60,716 bases of DNA from Fibrobacteria bacterium (GTDB lineage: Bacteria > Fibrobacterota > Fibrobacteria > UBA11236), in assembly GCA_043745805.1 (NCBI GenBank), contig JAYTSD010000039.1:1-60716 (forward strand). Reading direction: 5' to 3'. The notes under the pieces are model-generated. The model was not told where the DNA came from. It made no database searches and saw only the letters and a list, made by a program, of their open reading frames with translations. The translations under genes were made by a program, and so were the position numbers. Below, one piece after another: positions 8,423 to 17,500 of this stretch. Position 1 is the stretch's first letter, and every line of letters starts with the position of its first letter.

Positions 8423-9349
8423 TTGCGTTTGCGAATTTTTCATCTAACCACTTATCGGTATGTATCACCTGTGTTACTGCATCGCCATGTCCTACGTTTG
8501 CAACCACGCAATGATCCGCATCAATCGTTACGCCTCAGTCGCATGCACATTTCACCCACGACCCATGAGCAAATTGCTTTTTTAGATCTCAATGGTAATC
8601 AATGCATCGCCTTGCATTTTCAAGGGGAAACTGAATTCCTTGAAATAGAATCACAACTAGATTTAGAAACTTTTCCGGAAGCCTCTTTCCATTTGGATCC
8701 CGATTGTCAACGCCTGCCCATGACTTATCCCGAAAGTTTACAATTACAAGTAGGCCCGTTCTTGGGTCAGTCGGATCTGAGTGAAGATTTATTGCATTTT
8801 ATCCAAACCCTCACCGAGCATAACCATTGGGATACTCTCAATTATATTAATGACTTGAATAATACCTTGTCGCAACAAATTATTTATATGGAAAGATCTA
8901 CAGGCCTCCCTTTTGAACCTAATTTTACTTGGAGTGAAAAAAAAGGATCGTGTCGTGATTTGGCGGTTTTATTTATGGCTTGCTGTCGTGCGATGGGTAT
9001 TGCTGCACGCTTTGTAAGTGGCTATCAAGCTTTAGCACCTCACTTCAAACATTGGAGTCCGCAAGAATCTATGCATGCTTGGGCCGAGGTCTATTTGCCT
9101 GGTGGAGGATGGAGAGGTTTTGATCCTAGTTTAGGCGAAGCAGTGGGCGAATGTCATATTGCCTTAGCCGCTGCGGCTATTCCTACCGGAGCGGCTCCGG
9201 TGGAAGGTGGGTTTTCGCGCGCTCAACCTGGACAAACTTTTGTTTCCTCACAAATGGATGTTCGCTTACGAGTAGAAAATTTATCAGATAAAAATTCAGT
9301 TCCTATCATTCCTCAAAACGCAGCAGACTTGGCGGTTCCCGATGTTTAA
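8423..9349 (+). CDS. Transglutaminase-like protein with bacterial N-terminal domain
   Basis: HLTTYRY N-terminus; catalytic GSCRD, HAWAEVY and GFDP. Confidence 0.93.
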   Translation: MRLRIFHLTTYRYVSPVLLHRHVLRLQPRNDPHQSLRLSRMHISPTTHEQIAFLDLNGNQCIALHFQGETEFLEIESQLDLETFPEASFHLDPDCQRLPMTYPESLQLQVGPFLGQSDLSEDLLHFIQTLTEHNHWDTLNYINDLNNTLSQQIIYMERSTGLPFEPNFTWSEKKGSCRDLAVLFMACCRAMGIAARFVSGYQALAPHFKHWSPQESMHAWAEVYLPGGGWRGFDPSLGEAVGECHIALAAAAIPTGAAPVEGGFSRAQPGQTFVSSQMDVRLRVENLSDKNSVPIIPQNAADLAVPDV

Positions 9350-10230
9350 AATGTGCAACTCCAATACAATCCCGGTGCATCCAAAACCATCGGCTGCAAA
9401 CTCCAATTCAAAGTTTGCGCATTATGTACGGCTTGACTGGAGGTCTTTTGATTATGCACTGCATGCAGACGCGGAAAGGCATATCCCAAAAGCGATCCCA
9501 TCAATGCTCCAACTACAATATCCGATGGATAATGCTTTCCTGCGGTTATGCGTAAACCCGATATGGTAGTGGCTAAGGCTAATCCGCCACCCCATATATA
9601 AGGCGTCCACTGGCTATTAGGATTTTTTTCTTGAAAAGTATAAGCGGTAAAAACCGCAACCAAAAAAGCGCCAGAAACGTGCCCAGAATAAAAAGAACCT
9701 GCGGCTTCATTTTTTAATTTTTCGCTTTGTGGCGCATCAACATTGTAAACAAATGGTCTGGGATGTAAACGAAATGAGCGTGTATACAAATTAATAGCCG
9801 AATTAAATAATAAGGCTTCCGCCAAGATCCCTGCTTCGCCTGCCGCTTGTCCGTAACTTTGTTTACCGGAATAAGCGGCTGCACCTAATATCCCGAGAGG
9901 AACCAAAGTACCACCATAACTTAACCAATCACTGGTTTTATCCGCAGTAGGTGAATAATAGTGCGTGGCAAAGCGATCATAAGCCGGAATATCATTCACA
10001 TTCAGTGAATTCAAATCGACAGGTTTCATATTTTTTACACTTTGACTTGCGAAGTGCTGTCCCACACCACTGAGTATTAATGCCGGCGCATCGTATTTCC
10101 AATTCCAATCAAAATGTGTTTGACCGTAAGAATGAAAGCTCCACATTAATATTAGTATTACGGTAACTGATTTTTTTTTTTGAGTAAGCAAACGAGTAGG
10201 CATTTTTTTCATCGGATGTCCTATCCCCAA
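9346..10230 (-). CDS. PAP2 family phosphatase
   Basis: HPRP, SFYSGH and RITAGKHYPSD motifs; transmembrane segments. Confidence 0.88.
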   Translation of the reverse strand: MGIGHPMKKMPTRLLTQKKKSVTVILILMWSFHSYGQTHFDWNWKYDAPALILSGVGQHFASQSVKNMKPVDLNSLNVNDIPAYDRFATHYYSPTADKTSDWLSYGGTLVPLGILGAAAYSGKQSYGQAAGEAGILAEALLFNSAINLYTRSFRLHPRPFVYNVDAPQSEKLKNEAAGSFYSGHVSGAFLVAVFTAYTFQEKNPNSQWTPYIWGGGLALATTISGLRITAGKHYPSDIVVGALMGSLLGYAFPRLHAVHNQKTSSQAVHNAQTLNWSLQPMVLDAPGLYWSCTF

Positions 10231-10574
10231 ATCTGAGAAAACTTCTTATCGTCAAAACCAACTGTACTTTGAGATCCGTCGGTTACTAAAGGTCTTTTTA
10301 ATAAACGGCCATTACCCGCAAGCAGGGAAATGATTTCGTTTTCCTTCATTGCTGCGATTTTATCTTTGATTTTTAATTCTTTATATTGCACACCGGAAGT
10401 ATTAAAGAATTTTTTTAATTCTTCGCCGCTTTGCCCCATGATTTTCTTTAAAGCAGAAGCCGCCGGAGGCTGTTCGGTTATATCAATAAATTCATATTTT
10501 TGGCCAAGCTTTTCTAAAGCTTTTTCTGCATTGCGACAAGTATTACATTTCTTATAGCCATAAAATTTGAGCAT
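10221..10574 (-). CDS. ArsC/Spx (YffB-like) family protein
   Basis: CNTC, FFNTSG, LLKRP and VGF motifs. Confidence 0.9.
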   Translation of the reverse strand: MLKFYGYKKCNTCRNAEKALEKLGQKYEFIDITEQPPAASALKKIMGQSGEELKKFFNTSGVQYKELKIKDKIAAMKENEIISLLAGNGRLLKRPLVTDGSQSTVGFDDKKFSQIWG

Positions 10575-10653
10575 CCGAATCTCCTTTTGGTGAGGGTAAT
10601 ATAAAAAATCTGATCGGCATGGTCACGTTCGATAAGCTCCATGATCGAAGACT

Positions 10654-11472
10654 TTACTTCCTAAAAATATTTGCAATCCCGGTCAAGAGTAACAATGTAA
10701 TGAACACCGTCACAATAGATGGCCCAGCCGGCCAATCCATACGCAGGGATAGTTCCAATCCTAATACACAACCAATCAGGCCAAAACACCAACTGAAAAT
10801 CAAACTCTTCCCCATCCCTTTTACCGCAATTACAGCCGAAAGCGAGGGGACAATTAAGAAAGCGAATACTAGTAACACACCCGATACGCGTACCGAAGAG
10901 GTGACTACTAAACCAAAAGCCATGTAAAAAAGAAAATCCCAGCCCCACACTTTAAGACCTTTGCGCTCAGCTTCTTCCGGTTGCTCGGTGATTAAAAATA
11001 AAGGTTTACGCGCCGCGAAGAGTAAAAAACCCAAACAAACAAATAGTCCAGCTATCACAAGCACAGTTTTAGGGGCTACCGTAAGCAAAGCTCCCACTAA
11101 CATTTCCTTCAACTCTTCCGTACCCGTTGCCGATTTTTCCAGCACAATTAAAGATAATGCCATTGCCCCTGCATAGGTGATACCTATCAAGGCTTCTATC
11201 GGTGCTTTTTTTTGTTTGCGGAAAAAGGAAAACATCACCGCACCCAATAGCGTAAAACTTAAAGATATGGTATAGTTCGCGAACGGACTTTGTTCCCCGT
11301 AACCCAAAAGTAACCCTACGCTTGAACCTAGAGCAGCGACCTGGGCTAAGGATAAATCCACAAAGATCACGCCGCGACGAACGACATGATAACCGAAAAA
11401 ACTTAACATGCCCGAAAGCAGTAAACACAGCGCTAAGGCTGTGAGCATAAAAGGAAAATGGAATAGCATCAT
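10654..11472 (-). CDS. Metal (Zn/Mn) ABC transporter permease, ZnuB-like
   Basis: GYHVVRRGVIFVDLSLAQ and GVLLVFAFLIVP; multiple TM helices. Confidence 0.9.
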   Translation of the reverse strand: MMLFHFPFMLTALALCLLLSGMLSFFGYHVVRRGVIFVDLSLAQVAALGSSVGLLLGYGEQSPFANYTISLSFTLLGAVMFSFFRKQKKAPIEALIGITYAGAMALSLIVLEKSATGTEELKEMLVGALLTVAPKTVLVIAGLFVCLGFLLFAARKPLFLITEQPEEAERKGLKVWGWDFLFYMAFGLVVTSSVRVSGVLLVFAFLIVPSLSAVIAVKGMGKSLIFSWCFGLIGCVLGLELSLRMDWPAGPSIVTVFITLLLLTGIANIFRK

Positions 11473-12374
11473 GGAATTATACTCTCTTGCTTGAGTTTAG
11501 CGATTATGTCTTCGAAATGTTTCCAATACGCTCCCGCTTTAGGACTATCTGAGGAAGGAGAAAATTTAAAAACTTTCAAACTTGTTTGCCGTTCTAAAAA
11601 TTTAGGCGCTTCATCAGGGAAATACGCTTCTTGAAACAAGAGCTTGACCTTATTGGCTTTGATCAAGTTCACTAAATCATTCAAATGATTTCCTGAGGGC
11701 GGTATGCCGGGGAAAGGTTCTACATAGCCTACAATAGACATTCCGAAGGTCGTGGTAAAATAAATCCAAGAAGAATGATAAGTAATGATTTTTTGTCCAT
11801 GCAAATTTGCCAGTTGGACTTTCCAAGTTTGTAAACGTTTTTCATTTTCGTTTTTAAACTTTTCAAAATTAGCTGCGAATAAATCGGCATGCGCAGGATC
11901 TGCTTTTTGCAAAGCAGATAAAATATTTTGTCCTATGATATTGGCATTTGCAGGGTTCAACCAATAATGGGGATTGCCTTGTGGATGAACATCCCCTTTA
12001 GAAGCATCGATTTTACCATCGGGTTTTTCTAAAACAGAAATCCCTTGTGAGCAATCAGCTACCACCAATTTATTATTGCGTGACCCATCGATAATCGCAT
12101 CCGCCCACTGATCCAAACTCATGCCTACTTTTAGAAATACTGCGGCACGCGAAACTTGTATCATATACGAAGGTAATACTTCCACTGAATGGGGATTCAC
12201 ATTGCTTTTTGCAATAGAAAATGTTTCTACTTGATCGCCTCCAATAGAGGAGGCAATAGAAGCGATATCATTCACCGAAGCACCCACTTTTATTGCTGCT
12301 TGTAAAGGCAAGCAAAGTAAAGTGCTAATAATAGAGAAAGAAAATACTGATTTTATAAAAGTTGATTTTTTCAT
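11469..12374 (-). CDS. Metal ABC transporter substrate-binding protein, ZnuA/TroA-like
   Basis: Signal peptide; NPH, GNPHYWL and YHSSW metal-ligand motifs. Confidence 0.92.
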   Translation of the reverse strand: MKKSTFIKSVFSFSIISTLLCLPLQAAIKVGASVNDIASIASSIGGDQVETFSIAKSNVNPHSVEVLPSYMIQVSRAAVFLKVGMSLDQWADAIIDGSRNNKLVVADCSQGISVLEKPDGKIDASKGDVHPQGNPHYWLNPANANIIGQNILSALQKADPAHADLFAANFEKFKNENEKRLQTWKVQLANLHGQKIITYHSSWIYFTTTFGMSIVGYVEPFPGIPPSGNHLNDLVNLIKANKVKLLFQEAYFPDEAPKFLERQTSLKVFKFSPSSDSPKAGAYWKHFEDIIAKLKQESIIP

Positions 12375-12389
12375 TTTGTTTCCTAATCT

Positions 12390-13460
12390 TTAAAATTGAT
12401 GTGCTTTGTGCGGACCCATACTGAATAGCAATTGCAAGGCGTAAGTATTTATGGCCTCACCTAAATCGGGTTTAAAATATTCATAACTAAAACGGAATAA
12501 AGTACTTTCTTCTAATACGGCATAACCTGCAAATACTTTTACCGCTTGGTCAATTTGACTTTTAGCGTCGTCTTTTTGATGAAAATCATAAATAACTCCG
12601 GCATTATATTGGGTTAAGAATTTCAAGTCGGTAAATACATAAGCGCCCATGCGATTAATACTGGATTTTTCATTGAGAGTGGAGTCATAATTTTGTTGTA
12701 TTTTATCAAACAGTTCAGCCTGAAATAACCATTGCGAAGTAGGTGAAACATACCACTTGGTTTTCCAATCTGCCCCTAAGCGCGTATCCCAAGCTTCATG
12801 AGCTAGGTTTGATTTACCTTGTGCTCCCGAAAAACCCAAATCCATTGCACCACGTTCCCCTAAGAGAAAAGAATTATTCCAATGTGCCAACCAACCTAAA
12901 CGCGAACCCTCTTCATCAACATGAAAGGATTTTGCCTCAATTACACTAGCCGTTACCGTAGCAGCCCAGTCACCTGGAGTTGGCAATAAAGCTGAACCTT
13001 CTATAGCATTTTCATTAAAACCATCATCGCCCGGCAACATGGCTGCCATTACACGTGGAGGCTCCATAAAGGGATAAGCATGAGGATGAGTCGGATTTAA
13101 CTTGCCAAAAGGTTGACGATATTTACCTACTTTGAATTGCAAGCCCCAAGGTAAGCCCTTTACCCATTGGGTATAACCTTCTTCCAAAGACAGTCCACTT
13201 TCACCGATGGAAAAATTGAATATTCCCGTGAAATAAGGATTCAAATAGGCATCAAAAATCACTTCCGCTTCCCCCATTTTTAGGGTACCCTGCTTGCTAC
13301 TGGGGGAAGTCGAGTCATCAGTATAACCTACATTCAATTTACCGATCGCACTAATATCGGGATTAACGATTCCGGCTGATATTAAAGTAAATGTCCCCGT
13401 GCACAAGACTAAAAAAACAATTGCCACTTTGCGGCAAGCCTTAAAATTGCTGTATAGCAT
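12390..13460 (-). CDS. Outer-membrane beta-barrel protein associated with metal uptake
   Basis: NPDIS, FGKLNPTHPH and C-terminal GPHKAHQF motifs; terminal Phe. Confidence 0.75.
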   Translation of the reverse strand: MLYSNFKACRKVAIVFLVLCTGTFTLISAGIVNPDISAIGKLNVGYTDDSTSPSSKQGTLKMGEAEVIFDAYLNPYFTGIFNFSIGESGLSLEEGYTQWVKGLPWGLQFKVGKYRQPFGKLNPTHPHAYPFMEPPRVMAAMLPGDDGFNENAIEGSALLPTPGDWAATVTASVIEAKSFHVDEEGSRLGWLAHWNNSFLLGERGAMDLGFSGAQGKSNLAHEAWDTRLGADWKTKWYVSPTSQWLFQAELFDKIQQNYDSTLNEKSSINRMGAYVFTDLKFLTQYNAGVIYDFHQKDDAKSQIDQAVKVFAGYAVLEESTLFRFSYEYFKPDLGEAINTYALQLLFSMGPHKAHQF

Positions 13461-13566
13461 AAAACCTCTTTTTATGATTGATTAAATTTTTAAAATGAAG
13501 GGTATAATATTCAACAACAACTAGTAACAGTAAAGGCTGTGATAGTGAAAGTTGAATAAATGCGGA

Positions 13567-13896
13567 TTAAATGTTTTTAAATGGAGGCGCGCGTGCTAAG
13601 GAGAAAAAGACTTTTTGTGAAACTGGTGTTTCAATTAATAAGGCAATAGTAAATATCATGATCGCGACGAAGGCGATTAGGATTTGATGATCAGCAATAA
13701 CTAGGGGTTGTTGAGAAATTAAACAGAGCTGGCAATCATTATGCGATTCGGCACCCTGATGCTGATGCATTGGGGCTGCAAAGGCGAAAATGAAAAGTAA
13801 GTAAATACTAAAAGCGGCCTCTATAATATGCTTTACTTTTCCTTGACGGAAAAGGTTTGCTGGCAAGGTCGAGGTTTTAACAAATAACTTAGGCAT
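13567..13896 (-). CDS. DUF2946/CruR-like leader protein with HxH, CxxC and C-terminal RAPP motifs
   Basis: TM helix, then MHQH...HNDCQLC, a hydrophobic segment and ARAPP; lies directly upstream of the metal-uptake operon; exact start uncertain. Confidence 0.75.
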   Translation of the reverse strand: MPKLFVKTSTLPANLFRQGKVKHIIEAAFSIYLLFIFAFAAPMHQHQGAESHNDCQLCLISQQPLVIADHQILIAFVAIMIFTIALLIETPVSQKVFFSLARAPPFKNI

Positions 13897-14156
13897 TGAT
13901 TCTATAAATTTATCCTTGGGGTTTAATATAGATTGTTAAACGTAGAAAAACCAAGGTCGATCACATTGGAAAAACTCCATGACCAATAACCGAAACTCTA
14001 ACTTCGATCACTGAACTTGTGGGCGCGGTCACTTAGCCTGCAAAAATATCTTGTTTCCCCACCACCTTTAAAACGAAACCTTATTCGCTTCTCCTTCATT
14101 TAAATATTTAACCATGCCTTCGCTATTTAATTTTAACCATGCAAGCCTTAAAAAAA

Positions 14157-14888
14157 TTACTGCGGATATTCCATTTTCAAATTTTCTAAAGTGTTCACAA
14201 TCGTATTAGCCACAAAATAATTACGATACCATTTTTCGTCCGCAGGAACAATAATCCACGGACTCGCTTTATCACACTTATCAATTACTCGCTGATAAGC
14301 TGCTCTATAAGATTTCCATTTTTTCGCTTCGGTCTTGTCACCGGCATCATACTTCCATTTTTTTTCTGGGATAGTTAAACGTTCGTTAAGCCTTTTTAAT
14401 TGTTCCTTTTGCGAAATGTGCAAATAAAATTTTAAAATAATGGTGTTTTCATTTTGTAAATGTTCTTCGAAATGATTGATTGTGTGTATGCGTTCTTGAA
14501 TAATTTTTTTATCCACCAATTTATGCACCGCTGGAAATAAAATATCTTCGTAATGGGAACGGTTAAATATTTGTATCACACCCTTTTCAGGAAGATTGGC
14601 AAAAATGCGCCAAAGAAAATCATGTGCCTTCTCTTCTTCAGTAGGCGACTTAAAAGATTTGACTTTACATCCTTGCGGATTAATACAAGAAAATACATGT
14701 CGTATAACACCATCTTTACCAGAAGTGTCCATCCCTTGTAAGACAATAAGTAAAGAATGCTTGCGTTGCGCATAAAAAAGGTTTTGCAGAGAGAAAAGTT
14801 TATCCTGCAATTTTAGTAAGTGCTTATTGGTCTGATCCTTTTTAAAGGAAGCTGGAGCGCAGGTTGACAGAGAATTTAGTTTTTTCAA
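14157..14888 (-). CDS. ppk2: Polyphosphate kinase 2 family (polyphosphate:nucleotide phosphotransferase)
   Basis: QGMDTSGKDG Walker A, FNRSHYED, KKWK and PADEKWYRN. Confidence 0.93.
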   Translation of the reverse strand: MKKLNSLSTCAPASFKKDQTNKHLLKLQDKLFSLQNLFYAQRKHSLLIVLQGMDTSGKDGVIRHVFSCINPQGCKVKSFKSPTEEEKAHDFLWRIFANLPEKGVIQIFNRSHYEDILFPAVHKLVDKKIIQERIHTINHFEEHLQNENTIILKFYLHISQKEQLKRLNERLTIPEKKWKYDAGDKTEAKKWKSYRAAYQRVIDKCDKASPWIIVPADEKWYRNYFVANTIVNTLENLKMEYPQ

Positions 14889-15371
14889 TTTACAACACTT
14901 TCTAAATTTGTGAGGCTATTATAATCTATAAATTAAGCAATATCCATCCTATTGCCTCTATATTACTCACCAACAAAAAAGTCGATGATTTCTCAATGGC
15001 TTTTCCCGATTTTTCCAATTTTAAGTGAAAGGATTACTGTACTTGAAACAAATATCTATTCGCGGGAGCATGGATGCTAGGAAGCGTAACGTTAGAGATA
15101 CCCATCGGTATAGATACTTTATAGCTCATCATTCCTTGCAAATTAAAAATTTGTAGCGTTCTATTTTTTGGGGGGCAATTATATCAATAATTAATTTATT
15201 TCCCCGAACGTTATAACCAATTACTTGATGAGTATCCGACAACAAGGAATAAATAGATGTAGGCTGAGTAAAAGTAAAGTTAGAAATGACATTAATGCGG
15301 CACAAGACAATCTATTTCTATTTATTTCGTTCACTTAAACATCTTCTATTGAAACGAAATATTTTGACCAA

Positions 15372-15572
15372 TTATTTAGGTAAACGGAATAACATCACTA
15401 AACCAAGAGCTGTGCCACCTGTTCCACCTAGCATCAACCAAATTGTTTTATTAGTAGGCGAGCCAGTAAAAAAACGCGATAGGTCGGAACTAAAAGAATC
15501 GGAAGCTTGCAATCCATAAACTATAGCGGTAATTCCTATTGCAACAATCACTATAGCTAAAATTTTATTCAT
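15372..15572 (-). CDS. DUF3185 family small membrane protein
   Basis: SDSFSSDLSRFFTGSPTNKTIWL signature. Confidence 0.85.
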   Translation of the reverse strand: MNKILAIVIVAIGITAIVYGLQASDSFSSDLSRFFTGSPTNKTIWLMLGGTGGTALGLVMLFRLPK

Positions 15573-15718
15573 AAAACTTTTCTTCCCGTAATGATTCTGA
15601 CTAAAAACAAAACTAAGGCGACTACCAGAAGGATATGAATAAATCCACCAATAGTATAAGAAGAAACCATTCCAAGTAACCAGAGAACGAGTAAAACAAC
15701 GGCGACTGTGTATAACAT
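15569..15718 (-). CDS. lmo0937/DUF5670 family small membrane protein
   Basis: Not in ORF track; MLYTVAVVLLVLWLLGMVSSYTIGGFIHILLVVALVLFLVRIITGRKVL; AAGGA RBS; stop overlaps the next ATG. Confidence 0.9.
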   Translation of the reverse strand: MLYTVAVVLLVLWLLGMVSSYTIGGFIHILLVVALVLFLVRIITGRKVL

Positions 15719-15807
15719 ATTATTATTCCTTTAACTTTTTAATGAGTTCTTCTCTCATATTATTGAGAGAAGAATGATTAGTGGTAATTTTTTCTAACTA
15801 AGTAAGT

Positions 15808-17400
15808 TTAAGGGTTGTATTCCTTTAAAGCATCTTTATTAAGTACTTGCAATTCAGTGCGGCGATTAAGCTTCCGGCCATCTGCGGTGGTATTATCTGC
15901 TTTTGGCGTCGATTCTCCATAACCTTTTGCACTTAATACATTTTTTAATTCAGGGGAACTCTGTATCATGTAATTTACTACTGATTGGGCACGACCTTGA
16001 CTCAGAGCAAGATTATGAGCATCACTACCAACATTATCCGTATGTCCAGCTATTTCAATTTGCAGTTTAGGATATTTTGTTAGCATTTTACCGATAATAT
16101 TCAAGTAGGGCTTAGAGTTAATAGAAATATCAGTTTTATTGGTTTCAAAATAAACGGCATCCATTAACAAAAGTCCGGTGGAAAGTAATTGTTTTTCCGC
16201 TTCGCTACGTTTAGATTTTTCTTCTGCTAATTTTCTTTGCGAATCTAACAAAGCTAAAGAATCTTGATGCGCACGACCGGCCATTTGTAATGAATCTTGG
16301 CGTGCTTTTTCAGCCATTACGGCTGCTGAAGAATCAGACTTTTCTTTTTGACGCAATTGGGCCAAAGAATCTTCTTTAGACTTTTTAACCATTTCATGAG
16401 CTAATTCGCTATTCTGTGAACGTAGTTGACCTTTTTCTAAAGCATCTTGACGTTCTTTCTCTTTGGCCATTCTTCTTTTGTTTTCTTCTGTATCAAAAGA
16501 AAAAGCTATCCCACCAAATAAGCGATAAGGTTCTAAAGCCCGTGCAGAATTGCCAGAGCGGTCTTGTGAAAGTGCAATGTCTCCCCCTAAAGTGACATTA
16601 ATATTGTAAGCCGTGCGAAATTGTACGGAAGGTGTTATCCATAGTGGGTCAGAAGCAATATTAATTTCATTAATAGGTGTACGAGCATTAGCTTCCAATC
16701 CAAAAACTGTAGAGAATAAATTAAATTGCGCACCAACGGCAAACAGTAAAAGTGGGTCGGTACCGGATTGTGCTGATGTTACTAGGCCTTCATTGAAATG
16801 CATTTTGAAAGCTAAATTTTCATCACCTAGTACTAAGGTTTGAATTAATTTAGCCATAAAATCAAGTCCTTTGCGCGTTTCGAAATAGTTATAACCATCG
16901 GCATGATTAGAATCAATAGGGTTATTAGATAATCCTTGATAAATTCCTATTTGAGCACCCATACGAATTGGCGCACCTGGATCAAAAGGTAGCGTACCTT
17001 GCAAGCCACCTCCAAGAGTACCTAAACCTGAAGCTTTATCATTGGTATAATCTGACGATCCAAATCCAGTTAAAGATGCAAATGCATCTATGTGGCGATT
17101 TAAGCCTAAGGAGATAGCGCCAATTCCCGTGAATATATTGGCATTTTTATTGGGACCACCAAGAAAAAGTTTTTGTTGTTGATACCAAGCTCCTTGAAAC
17201 CCAAATATTAAGCGGCCTTGACCCAAAGCTTCCGCCGACGAGGTTTGTGAAAGTCCACGTGTCCCATAAAAGGTATTTGTAGGGGCGATCATACTGATCT
17301 CTGTTTCTGCCTCAATTTTTTCGGTAACGGGGGCATCCACATTGGCTAATGGTTTAGCAGCTAATGCAAATGGTGCCTGCGCTAAAAGCACGATAGACAA
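15808..17400 (-). CDS. OmpA family protein (N-terminal barrel, coiled-coil linker, OmpA C-domain)
   Basis: VYFETNK, IAGHTDNVG, NLALSQGRA, GYGESTP and NRRTE motifs. Confidence 0.9.
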   Translation of the reverse strand: MSIVLLAQAPFALAAKPLANVDAPVTEKIEAETEISMIAPTNTFYGTRGLSQTSSAEALGQGRLIFGFQGAWYQQQKLFLGGPNKNANIFTGIGAISLGLNRHIDAFASLTGFGSSDYTNDKASGLGTLGGGLQGTLPFDPGAPIRMGAQIGIYQGLSNNPIDSNHADGYNYFETRKGLDFMAKLIQTLVLGDENLAFKMHFNEGLVTSAQSGTDPLLLFAVGAQFNLFSTVFGLEANARTPINEINIASDPLWITPSVQFRTAYNINVTLGGDIALSQDRSGNSARALEPYRLFGGIAFSFDTEENKRRMAKEKERQDALEKGQLRSQNSELAHEMVKKSKEDSLAQLRQKEKSDSSAAVMAEKARQDSLQMAGRAHQDSLALLDSQRKLAEEKSKRSEAEKQLLSTGLLLMDAVYFETNKTDISINSKPYLNIIGKMLTKYPKLQIEIAGHTDNVGSDAHNLALSQGRAQSVVNYMIQSSPELKNVLSAKGYGESTPKADNTTADGRKLNRRTELQVLNKDALKEYNP

Positions 17401-17500
17401 AAAGCTTTTGAAATGTTTAAGTGTTATAATATTTGTAATGTTTTTAATAATATGCCTCTTAGGGTGTGTTGTTTGTTTATTGTTTGTTTTAAGTCGTTTT

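Noticed and set aside
15034-15132. 32-aa minus-strand ORF MMSYKVSIPMG...
   Set aside because: RBS spacing is poor and there is no recognisable motif; cannot be supported.
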